DNA of 64,000 nucleotides from an uncultured Oscillospiraceae bacterium (GCA_964579735.1 CAZOHH010000002.1:4682-68681); one strand, 5' to 3'; positions 20,370 to 32,281 are shown, counted from the stretch's first letter. Made by a program: numbers and translations. Notes: generated by a model from the sequence alone, not told the origin.

Positions 20370-22772
20370 TCAGATTCCTTCCTTGGCTTTGTACTCCAGC
20401 CATTGGGACAGCGAGATCAAAACCTTGCGCGGCTTGCTGCCCTCGAATGGCCCGACGAAGCCCTTTTCCTGCATATGGTCGATCAGGCGCGCGGCACGGG
20501 GGTATCCGACGTTCATCCTGCGCTGGATGAGGGAGACGGAAGCGTATCCGGCCTCGACGACGATCGTGACGGCCTGCGGCAGGAGTTCGTCCTCGTCGGA
20601 GTTGTCATCATTCGAACCGATGGACGAAGTGACGGCGCCTATGGCCTCGGCGGTGTCCTTGTCATATCCAAGCGCGTTCTGGGCCTTGAGGAAGGCCGTG
20701 ACGCGGCCGACTTCCTTGTCGGAGACATAGGCGCCCTGGACGCGGACCGGTTTGGATGCTCCCGTCGGAAAATAGAGCATGTCGCCTTTTCCGAGAAGCT
20801 TCTCCGCGCCGCCCATGTCGAGGATGGTGCGGGAATCGATCTGAGAGGAAACGGCAAACGAGAGGCGTGAAGGGATGTTGGCCTTGATGATGCCGGTGAT
20901 GACGTCAACGGACGGTCGCTGCGTGGCGACGATGAGGTGGATTCCCGCGGCACGGGCCATGGCGGTCAGACGGGCGATCGCATCCTCGACTTCGTTCGGC
21001 GAGGTGGCCATCAGGTCGGACAGTTCATCGATGACCACGAGGATCAACGGAAGGTGTTCGAATCCATCGGCCGCGGCCGCGGCGTTATGGGCCGTGATAT
21101 CGCGCACGCCCTTCTCGGCGAACAGACCATAGCGGCGGGTCATCTCGTTGACGGCCCAGAGAAGGGCTCCAGCGGCCTTCTTGGGATCCGTGACGACGGG
21201 AGCGAGCAGATGCGGGATGCCGTTGTACACGCTGAGCTCAACGACCTTGGGGTCGATCATCAGCATGCGGACGTCCTCGGGCCGCGCTTTGTAGAGGATG
21301 CCGATGATCATGGAATTGATGCAGACCGACTTGCCGGAACCGGTCGCGCCGGAAATCAGCAAGTGGGGCATGCGCGCGAGGTCGGCGACGACCGGTGCGC
21401 CGGGGATGTCGCGACCGAGGGCGAAGGTCACGGGGGAAGCGGCGTTGCGGAAATCCGGAGTCTCGAGAATCCGGCGAAGCAGGACAGGCGACGTCTCGCG
21501 ATTCGGTACCTCGATGCCGATCGCGGCTTTCCCGGGTATCGGCGCTTCGATGCGGACGCCCATGGCGGCGAGGTTGAGGGCGATATCGTTCGCAAGCGCT
21601 ACGATGCGGCTGATCTTGACTCCGGAGCCCGGTGCAAGTTCGAAACGGGTGATGGCGGGGCCGGTCGTGATGTTGACGACCTTCGCCTCCAGACCGAAAC
21701 TCGCAAGCGTGTCGACGAGCGTCCTGGCCATGGCTTCAACGGAAGCCTGGTCGACGCGGACGGGCCGAGGGGGATCCTGAGATAGGAGCTCGATCGGCGG
21801 GAATACATAGGGCCTCAGGATGGGTTCTGCGGGTGAAGACACCTGGTTTCCGTCGGCATCGAGGGTCGGAGCAGGTCTTCGAGCCAGTCGCGACGAGGTG
21901 GCGAGAACAGGCGCGGGGGATTCGACCGCCGCATCGTCGTCGTCATCCTCTTCGAACAACTCGGGAGCAGGTCCGGCCGAGGATTTCCGCGGGTCCTGGG
22001 AACCAGAAAGGAATGCCGGGACATCGAAAGGGCCATGGCCGGGAGTGGACGTCGATGAAGTCGCTCCTGTCGATGATGAAGCGGGAACAGGTTCTTTCCC
22101 GGCCGAGGAAGCCGACCCTACGACCATGTCATACGATGTTCTCCGGGCATTGGTCTCGCGAATGGCGGCCACGCCGGATGTGATGGCGGTTCCGACGGTC
22201 TTTCGTGTCGCGACGAATGCGCGGGAGAGCGAGATGTTGAAGAGGATCACGATTTCGGCGAGGACCGCGCCGACCAGAAGCACCCCTGCGCCCGTTCGAC
22301 CCACGACGGACTGAAGACCTTCTGCAATCACCCCACCTGCGAGACCGCCGGCGAGTGCGCCCTGAGGCAAACCGGAAAGGTTCGAGCCGTTCCCCATGCC
22401 CCAGAGGCGCAGAAGACTATCGAATGCATTGGCCGAGAGATTCCTGACGGTCCCTTCGGCGATGGTCATGAGGTGGATCAGTGCGGAAGATGAGGTCAGG
22501 AGGATCGTGACATGGACGAACCGGAGGCGGGTGCGGTTGGCTTCCCGCTCGAGGAAGTAGTCGAAGGCCATGTATAGCAGGATGGCGGGAAGCGCCAATG
22601 CCACGATGCCGAGAAAACCCTTGCCGACGGAAAGAAGGGCGGTGCCGAAAGGCCCGGTCATGCCGGGAAGATAGAAGGAAATCGCCATGAGGACCGCGGC
22701 AGCCAGATAGAAGACACCGAAGACTTCGCGCGCCTTGTCGAATTTCGCCTTCTCGCCCTTCATGCCGGCCAC
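20370..22772 (-). CDS. ftsK: DNA translocase FtsK/SpoIIIE
   Basis: N-terminal TM segments, a Pro/Ser/Asp-rich linker, motor domain GATGSGKSV, and a C-terminal gamma/winged-helix domain (VSLIQRRMNVGYPRAARLID). Confidence 0.95.
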   Translation of the reverse strand: MAGMKGEKAKFDKAREVFGVFYLAAAVLMAISFYLPGMTGPFGTALLSVGKGFLGIVALALPAILLYMAFDYFLEREANRTRLRFVHVTILLTSSSALIHLMTIAEGTVRNLSANAFDSLLRLWGMGNGSNLSGLPQGALAGGLAGGVIAEGLQSVVGRTGAGVLLVGAVLAEIVILFNISLSRAFVATRKTVGTAITSGVAAIRETNARRTSYDMVVGSASSAGKEPVPASSSTGATSSTSTPGHGPFDVPAFLSGSQDPRKSSAGPAPELFEEDDDDDAAVESPAPVLATSSRLARRPAPTLDADGNQVSSPAEPILRPYVFPPIELLSQDPPRPVRVDQASVEAMARTLVDTLASFGLEAKVVNITTGPAITRFELAPGSGVKISRIVALANDIALNLAAMGVRIEAPIPGKAAIGIEVPNRETSPVLLRRILETPDFRNAASPVTFALGRDIPGAPVVADLARMPHLLISGATGSGKSVCINSMIIGILYKARPEDVRMLMIDPKVVELSVYNGIPHLLAPVVTDPKKAAGALLWAVNEMTRRYGLFAEKGVRDITAHNAAAAADGFEHLPLILVVIDELSDLMATSPNEVEDAIARLTAMARAAGIHLIVATQRPSVDVITGIIKANIPSRLSFAVSSQIDSRTILDMGGAEKLLGKGDMLYFPTGASKPVRVQGAYVSDKEVGRVTAFLKAQNALGYDKDTAEAIGAVTSSIGSNDDNSDEDELLPQAVTIVVEAGYASVSLIQRRMNVGYPRAARLIDHMQEKGFVGPFEGSKPRKVLISLSQWLEYKAKEGI

Positions 22773-22776
22773 CTCC

Positions 22777-23322
22777 CTATCCGCCCCTGAGACTTCTGGC
22801 AGTCGCGAGGATTCCGACCACCGTCTTCGAATCCGTGATCGTTCCGTCCTCCACCATCTGCAGGCAGGCTTCCATGGAATGGGTCTCGGAGGTCAGGAAT
22901 TCATCCTCGTCCGTGCAGGAATCGCCTTCCTGAAGCTCGGTCGCGAGGAAGATATGCAATAACTCGTCGCTATAACCTGGCGTCGTATGGATCCGGATCA
23001 GCGGTTCGATCCTGCCCGCGGTCAACCCGGTCTCCTCTCGGAGTTCCCGAATGGCGCAACTCATCGGGTCCTCGTTCGGTTCGAGCTTCCCAGCCGGGAT
23101 CTCGAGGGTCTCCCTCGCGATCGCGATGCGGTACTGTCGGACCAGATGGAGGTTTCCCGAAGCATCGAGAGGAACGATGCAGGCTCCCCCGTTGTGACGA
23201 AGTACGTCGCGGCCGGCCGTTCGCCCGTCGGGCAATCGCACCGTCATGCTGTCGATGTGGAAGACCCTTCCGTCATAGACCGTTTCGGAAACGAGCCGGT
23301 CCTCCCTATGTCGTTCCGTCAT
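22777..23322 (-). CDS. NUDIX hydrolase (ADP-ribose pyrophosphatase-like)
   Basis: Nudix box GKLEPNEDPMSCAIRELREETG in a 181-aa protein. Confidence 0.8.
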   Translation of the reverse strand: MTERHREDRLVSETVYDGRVFHIDSMTVRLPDGRTAGRDVLRHNGGACIVPLDASGNLHLVRQYRIAIARETLEIPAGKLEPNEDPMSCAIRELREETGLTAGRIEPLIRIHTTPGYSDELLHIFLATELQEGDSCTDEDEFLTSETHSMEACLQMVEDGTITDSKTVVGILATARSLRGG

Positions 23323-23818
23323 CTTCCGCTTTTCCTTCCCGGTCCGTCGCAGCGCTCTTGAAGCGCTTCATCTCCTCGACCGCGAGCTTGTCGCAGCGGT
23401 TGTTCCCTTCATTGTCGGCGTGCCCCTTGACCTTGATCCATTCGACGCGGTGCATGGAGGCGAGGCGGTCCAGCTCCATCCAGAGATCGATGTTGCTGAC
23501 AGGGTCTCCGCCCGAGTTCCGCCAACCGTTGCCCTTCCACTTTTCCAGCCACTTCAAACGGAAGGCGGAGACGAGATAGGCGCTGTCGCTGTATAGTCGG
23601 ACGGTACAGGGTCTTTTCAGCGCCTTCAGCGCCTCGAGTGCGGCAGTCAGTTCCATTCGGTTGTTCGTCGTTGCGGAAGTTCCTCCCACCAACGACTTCT
23701 CCACGTCACCGAACTTCAGCAAGGTAGCCCAGCCACCGGGGCCGGGATTGCCTGAGCAGGCACCGTCCGTATGGATTTCGATGGTCTGTTCCGATATGCG
23801 ATCGACCGGCTCCGTCAT
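23306..23818 (-). CDS. rnhA: Ribonuclease HI
   Basis: IHTDGACSGNPGPGGWA..NNRMEL..YSDSAY..KVKGHADNEGNNRCDKLA contains the DEDD catalytic residues. Overlaps the NUDIX gene by 17 nt and proC by 4 nt. Confidence 0.9.
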   Translation of the reverse strand: MTEPVDRISEQTIEIHTDGACSGNPGPGGWATLLKFGDVEKSLVGGTSATTNNRMELTAALEALKALKRPCTVRLYSDSAYLVSAFRLKWLEKWKGNGWRNSGGDPVSNIDLWMELDRLASMHRVEWIKVKGHADNEGNNRCDKLAVEEMKRFKSAATDREGKAEDDGTT

Positions 23819-24630
23819 GCTTCAGGTCCGGTACGGCCGGAGAGCTCGGCGGAGCGGCGGGCCGAGGCGGATACCGCTTCGATCGTGGCGGAACGGAACC
23901 CGCTTTTCTCCAGAACGCGGATTCCCTCGATTGTGGTTCCTCCAGGCGAGCAGACCTGGTCCTTGAGGACGGCGGGATGCGTGCCGGTTTCCAGTACCAT
24001 CGCGGCGGAACCCTTGACCATCGCGGCCGCCAGCCGCAGGGCGACGTCCCTGGCCAGGCCAAGGCGCACGCCGGCATCCGAAAGAGCCTCGATGAAGAGC
24101 ATCACATAGGCGGGGCCGCTGCCGGAAAGACCGGTCACGGCATCCATCAGCTTCTCTTCGACACGCAGGGCTATCCCGACGCTCTCGAAAAAGGAAAGGA
24201 CTTCCGATATATCGGCTTCGGCGGCTCCATCGAAGGAGATCGCAGTGGCCCCGCTGCCGACAAGGGCCGGGGTGTTGGGCATGGCCCGCGCGACCACGGG
24301 GGCGGAACCAGCCAGGTCACGCAGCTTCTGGAGAGAAACGCCCGCTGCGATCGAGACGAGCAGGGTTTCCGCTGTAAGGTTGGGGCGCAAGGCGACGAGG
24401 ACTTCGGGCAGGATCTGCGGTTTGACGGCGAGGACGACCATGCGGACCCCATCCACGGCTTCCGCCGCGCTATGGCACCGGGTGCAGCCGGTATCGTTGC
24501 AGAACGCCGCCGCTGTGGCGTCATTCGCATCGTAGACGAATAGAGAAGGAGCCGATCCGGAATGAACGGCAAGATACCCACGGGCCAGAGCCGACCCCAT
24601 GTTTCCGATTCCGATGAATGCGATGGACAT
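23815..24630 (-). CDS. proC: Pyrroline-5-carboxylate reductase
   Basis: MSIAFIGIGNMGSALARGY Rossmann N-terminus and the ..SPGGTTIEG motif. AGGAGGA SD before ATG 24630. The track ORF extension to 24831 reads through the antisense strand of tRNA-Trp and is rejected. Confidence 0.9.
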   Translation of the reverse strand: MSIAFIGIGNMGSALARGYLAVHSGSAPSLFVYDANDATAAAFCNDTGCTRCHSAAEAVDGVRMVVLAVKPQILPEVLVALRPNLTAETLLVSIAAGVSLQKLRDLAGSAPVVARAMPNTPALVGSGATAISFDGAAEADISEVLSFFESVGIALRVEEKLMDAVTGLSGSGPAYVMLFIEALSDAGVRLGLARDVALRLAAAMVKGSAAMVLETGTHPAVLKDQVCSPGGTTIEGIRVLEKSGFRSATIEAVSASARRSAELSGRTGPEA

Positions 24631-24706
24631 CGTTTCCTCCTGCTGGCCGAAAGTCTTGAAATGCAATGCCGTGGCGAGTCTGGACAAGGAAAATATAGCA
24701 TTGATG

Positions 24707-24736
24707 TTGACACAGCGCAAACCGACACGGTATACT
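24707..24736 (+). promoter_or_regulatory. tRNA-Trp promoter (-35 TTGACA, 18 bp, -10 TATACT)
   Basis: TTGACA 24707..24712 and TATACT 24731..24736, with 12 nt to the mature tRNA 5' end. Confidence 0.5.
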
Positions 24737-24748
24737 TCCACTGTTCTT

Positions 24749-24824
24749 AGGGGAGTAGCGCAATTGGTAGAGTAGCGGTCTCCAAAACCGTCGGTTGCAG
24801 GTTCGATCCCTGTCTCCCCTGCCA
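24749..24824 (+). tRNA. trnW: tRNA-Trp (anticodon CCA), CCA-encoded
   Basis: Hand-folded. Acceptor AGGGGAG/CTCCCCT, anticodon stem GCGGT/ACCGT with loop CTCCAAA, T-arm GCAGG-TTCGATC-CCTGT, discriminator G plus CCA. Confidence 0.9.
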
Positions 24825-24829
24825 GTACC

Positions 24830-24869
24830 AAGAAGGGACGTCCACCTGAAAGGGTGGACGTCCCTTCTT
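24830..24869. terminator. 17-bp perfect hairpin between tRNA-Trp (+) and lacZ (-)
   Basis: AAGAAGGGACGTCCACC-loop-GGTGGACGTCCCTTCTT. The A/T-rich stem ends could serve both directions, but there is no separate U-tract. Confidence 0.55.
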
Positions 24870-24891
24870 CATGGTGCCTCGGCGCATCGTT

Positions 24892-28142
<3,251 letters not shown>

Positions 28143-28155
28143 ACGGGCGGGTATG

Positions 28156-28184
28156 AGAATAACATACCCGCGGAAACGTGTAAA
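28156..28184 (-). promoter_or_regulatory. Putative tRNA-Pro promoter (-35 TTTACA, 17 bp, -10 TATTCT)
   Basis: Lies in the 50-nt gap after the pnp stop. The -10 forms the loop of a 9-bp hairpin GCGGGTATG/CATACCCGC (28147..28171). Confidence 0.45.
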
Positions 28185-28192
28185 CCCTATCT

Positions 28193-30496
28193 TTACTGGT
28201 CGGAACGGGGACGGTCCTGGGGCGGACGATCCCCCTGAGGACGATCGCCATGTGGACGGTCTCCATAGTTGGGACGGTCGCCATGCGGACGGTCGCCGCG
28301 CGGGCGGTCGCCATAGGGTCGGTCGCCGTGGGGACGGTCGCCGAACGGGCGGTCGCTGCGGGGACGCTCACCGCGGGGCTCTTCAGGACGGTCGACGTAG
28401 CCTTCGGGCTTCGGCAGGCAATCCCTGCGGGAGAGGTTGATGCGGCCCTGGCTGTCGAGCTCCATGACCTTGACGTCGAAGACGTCTCCGACGGCGCAGA
28501 AGTCCTCGACCTTCTCGACGCGCTTCCAGTCGAGCTTGGACACGTGGACCAGACCTTCCTTGCCGGGCAGGAATTCGACGAAGCAGCCGAAGGGCATCAG
28601 GCGAGTCACCTTGCCGTGGAACACCTGCCCGACCTGCGGGTCGTTGGCGATGCCCTGGATGATGGCGATGGCCCTCTTGGAGGCTTCGATGTCGGGCGTC
28701 GCGACGAACACGCGGCCGTCCTCCTCGATGTCGATCTGCACGCCGGTGTCGGCGATGATGCGGTTGATGACCTTTCCGCCGGGGCCGATGACTTCGCGGA
28801 TCTTGTCGACCGGAATCTGGATCTGGACGATCTTGGGAGCGTACTGCGAAAGCTCCTCGCGGGGTGCGGGGATGCAGGGCAGGATGACTTCCTCGATGAT
28901 CTGCATGCGGCCCTTGCGGGTCATTTCGAAGGCCTGACGGATGATCTCGTAGGAAAGTCCATCGACCTTGATGTCCATCTGGATGGCGGTGATGCCCTTC
29001 TCCGTGCCGGCGACCTTGAAGTCCATGTCGCCGAAGAAATCCTCGATGCCCTGGATATCCATGAACACCAGGAAGTCATCGGAGTTCTCTTCGTTCACGA
29101 TCAATCCGGAAGAGATTCCTGCGACCGGTCTCTTGATTGGAACTCCAGCATCCATCAACGATAACGTGCTGGCGCAGACGGAGCCCTGGGAAGTCGAACC
29201 GTTGGACATCAGAATCTCGGAGACCAGGCGGATCGCATAGGGGAACTCGTCTTCGGTAGGGATGACGGGAAGCAGCGAGCGCTCGGCGAGGGCGCCGTGG
29301 CCGATCTCGCGACGGCCGGGGCTGCGCGGGGCCTTGGCTTCTCCGACGCTGTATCCGGGGAAGTTGTAGTGGTGCATGTAGCGCTTCTCATCGATGGAGT
29401 CGAGACCGTCGAGACGCTGCACGTTGGAAAGAGGACCCAGAGTGGTGGACGTGAGGACCTGGGTCTGGCCGCGCTCGAAGAGCCCGGAGCCGTGGACCCG
29501 AGGCAACAGGCCTACCGCCGCCGTCAGCGGACGGATCTGGTCGATGCCGCGTCCGTCGACGCGCTTGTGCTCCTTGAGGAGGTATTGACGGACGACCTTC
29601 TTCTCGAGCTTGTAGATCGCATCGCCGACGCGGGAAACCCACTCTGCGTTGAGCGTCTTGATGTGCTCGGTCGTGTCGGTGGTGAGCTTGGCGACGTTGC
29701 CATCGCGGATGCTCTTGTCGTCGGAAAGCACGGCTTCGCGCATGCGGTCATATGCGAAGGTCTTGACGGCGGCGAACATCTCCTCGGGCACGTCGGACGA
29801 GGTATAGGCGAACTTGGGCTTGCCGATTTCCTTGACGATGCCATCGATGAAGGCGCAAAGGTCCTTTATGGCGGCATGTCCTTCGACGATGGCGTCCAGC
29901 ATGGTCTTCTCGTCGACTTCATTGGCGCCCGCCTCGATCATGACGACCTTTTTCGCCGATGCGGCCAGAGTCACGTACATGTCGCTGGTCTCGCGCTCGG
30001 CTTCAGTCGGGTTGATGACGACCTTCCCGTCGACGAGTCCGATGATCACGCCCGCGATGGGGCCGTTCCAAGGAATGTCGGACGTGGAGAGGGCGATGGA
30101 TGTGCCGATCATCGCGACGGTTTCGGGAGAACAGTCCTGATCGACCGAAAGCACCAGGTTCACGACGACGACGTCATTGCGGAGGTCCTTCGGGAAGAGA
30201 GGCCTGATGGGACGGTCGATGTTGCGGGAAGTGAGGACCGCATTCTCGGAGGGACGGCTTTCACGCTTGATGAAGCCTCCGGGAATCTTTCCGACGGAGT
30301 AGAGCTTCTCTTCATACTCGACGCTCAACGGGAAGAAATCGATGTTTTCGCGGGGTTTGGTAGAAGCGGTGGCGGTCGAAAGGACCACGGTGTCGCCATA
30401 GCGCACGAGGCACGAGCCGTTCGCGAACTGTGCGAGTTTGCCCGTCTCGACGACAAGCGGACGCCCAGCGAGGGTATAGGTAAAGGTCTTGTTCAT
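28193..30496 (-). CDS. pnp: Polyribonucleotide nucleotidyltransferase (PNPase) with a repeat-rich C-terminal tail
   Basis: 767 aa with two RNase PH domains, KH (GPGGKVINRI) and S1 (GKVTRLMPFGCFVEF), followed by a ~70-aa DRP-repeat tail. Confidence 0.95.
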   Translation of the reverse strand: MNKTFTYTLAGRPLVVETGKLAQFANGSCLVRYGDTVVLSTATASTKPRENIDFFPLSVEYEEKLYSVGKIPGGFIKRESRPSENAVLTSRNIDRPIRPLFPKDLRNDVVVVNLVLSVDQDCSPETVAMIGTSIALSTSDIPWNGPIAGVIIGLVDGKVVINPTEAERETSDMYVTLAASAKKVVMIEAGANEVDEKTMLDAIVEGHAAIKDLCAFIDGIVKEIGKPKFAYTSSDVPEEMFAAVKTFAYDRMREAVLSDDKSIRDGNVAKLTTDTTEHIKTLNAEWVSRVGDAIYKLEKKVVRQYLLKEHKRVDGRGIDQIRPLTAAVGLLPRVHGSGLFERGQTQVLTSTTLGPLSNVQRLDGLDSIDEKRYMHHYNFPGYSVGEAKAPRSPGRREIGHGALAERSLLPVIPTEDEFPYAIRLVSEILMSNGSTSQGSVCASTLSLMDAGVPIKRPVAGISSGLIVNEENSDDFLVFMDIQGIEDFFGDMDFKVAGTEKGITAIQMDIKVDGLSYEIIRQAFEMTRKGRMQIIEEVILPCIPAPREELSQYAPKIVQIQIPVDKIREVIGPGGKVINRIIADTGVQIDIEEDGRVFVATPDIEASKRAIAIIQGIANDPQVGQVFHGKVTRLMPFGCFVEFLPGKEGLVHVSKLDWKRVEKVEDFCAVGDVFDVKVMELDSQGRINLSRRDCLPKPEGYVDRPEEPRGERPRSDRPFGDRPHGDRPYGDRPRGDRPHGDRPNYGDRPHGDRPQGDRPPQDRPRSDQ
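28196..28400 (-). repeat. Coding tandem repeat, ~15-bp unit (pentapeptide G-D-R-P-x)
   Basis: Plus strand repeats of gggacggtcgccatg / cggacggtcgccgcg / cgggcggtcgccata and similar. They encode ERPRSDRPFGDRPHGDRPYGDRPRGDRPHGDRPNYGDRPHGDRPQGDRPPQDRPRSDQ. Confidence 0.85.
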
Positions 30497-30660
30497 GGGT
30501 TTTCCTCCAAAGGAAACATTTTGGGGTTCCGACTTTCCCCTCCGGAGAGAGTAGCTTGTAGATTCCGCGCCCGGACGGCCCTCGCTGCAGGCCGGACGTG
30601 CAATCTACGATCTACTGACCGGCGGAGGCCGGAATGGCGGCGGTTCTAGGAATTCCTTAC

Positions 30661-30695
30661 GAAGGCGGCGGTTCCCGAGAGAGCCGCCGCCTTCG
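30661..30695 (-). promoter_or_regulatory. GC-rich hairpin just after rpsO (processing/terminator-like; no U-tract)
   Basis: Minus strand GAAGGCGGCGG-loop-CCGCCGCCTTC (11 bp), 9 nt after the rpsO stop. Followed by GTAAGGAATTCC, not by Us. Confidence 0.5.
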
Positions 30696-30704
30696 ATCAG
30701 GTCA

Positions 30705-30968
30705 TCACTTGCGGATTTCGAGTCTTTCGATGATGGAACGGTACCGGTTCATATCGATGCTCTGAAGGTAACCTAGAAGGCCTCTCCTCTGCCCGACCAG
30801 CATCAGCAGGCCTCGGCGGGAGTGATGGTCCTTTTTGTGGACTTTCAGATGCTCGGTCAGATGGTTGATCCTCTGGGTGAAGATCGCGATCTGGACTTCA
30901 GGGGAACCGGTGTCGCCCTCATGGAGAGCGAAGTTCTTGATGGTATCCGACTTTGTTACAATGTCCAT
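30705..30968 (-). CDS. rpsO: 30S ribosomal protein S15
   Basis: [45 protein letters not shown] is canonical S15. Confidence 0.95.
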   Translation of the reverse strand: MDIVTKSDTIKNFALHEGDTGSPEVQIAIFTQRINHLTEHLKVHKKDHHSRRGLLMLVGQRRGLLGYLQSIDMNRYRSIIERLEIRK

Positions 30969-31049
30969 TCATCCTCCTGTTTTCTGTTTCCATCGACTAC
31001 GTGGGTGGTTGGACGCTCCACGGACCTGGTCGACGGCATTCGTCCAATC

Positions 31050-31078
31050 AATCTATCACAAGGTCTGCGTGTTTGCAA
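31050..31078 (-). promoter_or_regulatory. rpsO promoter (-35 TTGCAA, 17 bp, TGaTAGATT extended -10)
   Basis: TTGCAA 31078..31073 and TAGATT 31055..31050 with TG at 31058..31057. Leaves a ~75-nt leader containing the stem TTGGACG/CGTCCAA (31047..31009). Confidence 0.5.
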
Positions 31079-31108
31079 ACCAGCGGACCGCATGGACGGA
31101 ACGGTCAT

Positions 31109-32281
31109 TCATTCGTAGAGATGTTCCTCTCCCCGATCGCGGATCACGACTCTGGTGCGGCCATCGATCGCGGCTTCTACCCGGCCGATGACCTTCGCCG
31201 CGACGCCATGCCGTGAAGCGGCGGAAACGACCGTCGAAGCATCGGACGGGTCGCAGTAGACCTCGAGACGATGCCCCATGTTGAACACCTTGTACATTTC
31301 GCTCGAGGCGATTCCACCAGACGATAGGATGGCTGCGAAAAGCGGTGGCGTTTCGAATAGGGAATCCTTGATGTAGAGAAGCGCATCCCCGAAGTCGCGG
31401 CACTTCGCAAGTCCCCCACCCGTGCAGTGGATCATTCCGTGAACGAGCCCCGGGCTCTGAACGAGCAGGTCGCGGACGATCGGCAGGTATGTTCGGGTCG
31501 GGGATAGAATCGCCTCGCCGACCGACATCTTCGAGCCGGGCAACCTGTCATGGATAAGGAATCGCCCGCAATAGGCATCGACTTCAGGAATCGTATTCGA
31601 AACCGTCTCAGGGTAGCGCAGAAGATAATCGTGACGAAGAAGCAGGTGCCGGGCCGCCGTGAGGCCGTTCGATCCCATGCCGGAATTCTCGCGGGTCTCG
31701 TAGGATGCCATACCCGTGGAGGATAGCCCGACGATGGCGTCTCCTGGGCGAATATCCGATGTGGTGATGACGTCTTTCCGTCTTATTCTCACAATCACCG
31801 TGGAATCCACGATCAGCGTCTGCACGAGGTCGCCGACATCAGCCGTCTCTCCGCCTGTCATTTCCACGTCGATTCCGAGTTCCGATAGACGAGCGATACA
31901 TTCGACATATCCGTCGATCACGGCAGCGATGCACGCCCCGTCGATCCGATGCGCGTTTCGACCGATCGTGTTCGAAAGATGGAATCCACCGACCGCGCCG
32001 ATGCAGGCGAGATCGTCGGTGTTCATCACGAGGGAATCCTGCGAGATGCCCTTGAACCATTCCCTGGAACCGGTCTCGCGGTACATCAGATAGGCGGCCG
32101 AGGCCTTGGTGCCGGCTCCATCGGCGTGGACGGCCGTGCAATACTCCTCGTCACCCGCCATATCCGGCAGCAGTTTGCAGAACGCTCCGGGGAAGAGCCC
32201 TCTGGACTGTCCCGCGACGGCCTTCTTCACGTCATCCTTGGTCGGGGAGACACCGCGACTGAGATAGGCTTCCGCCGCCAT
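31109..32281 (-). CDS. AIR synthase-related (PurM-like) protein, non-canonical
   Basis: 390 aa with a PurM-fold pattern (DGAGTK.., ..GGETA.., ..HCTGGG..) but an atypical N-terminus (YLSRGVSPTKDDVKKAV). No other pur genes nearby. Confidence 0.6.
   Translation of the reverse strand: MAAEAYLSRGVSPTKDDVKKAVAGQSRGLFPGAFCKLLPDMAGDEEYCTAVHADGAGTKASAAYLMYRETGSREWFKGISQDSLVMNTDDLACIGAVGGFHLSNTIGRNAHRIDGACIAAVIDGYVECIARLSELGIDVEMTGGETADVGDLVQTLIVDSTVIVRIRRKDVITTSDIRPGDAIVGLSSTGMASYETRENSGMGSNGLTAARHLLLRHDYLLRYPETVSNTIPEVDAYCGRFLIHDRLPGSKMSVGEAILSPTRTYLPIVRDLLVQSPGLVHGMIHCTGGGLAKCRDFGDALLYIKDSLFETPPLFAAILSSGGIASSEMYKVFNMGHRLEVYCDPSDASTVVSAASRHGVAAKVIGRVEAAIDGRTRVVIRDRGEEHLYE

Noticed and set aside
24631-24831. 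N-terminal extension of the proC ORF (MVLAGETGIEPATDGF...).
   Set aside because: The extension is the antisense translation of tRNA-Trp (the GIEPAT signature of a tRNA T-arm). A proper SD and ATG at 24630 give a normal-length ProC.
28196-28400. Short tandem repeats as a possible CRISPR or minisatellite.
   Set aside because: The repeats are contiguous 15-bp units with no spacers. They are in frame within pnp and encode a DRP pentapeptide tail.
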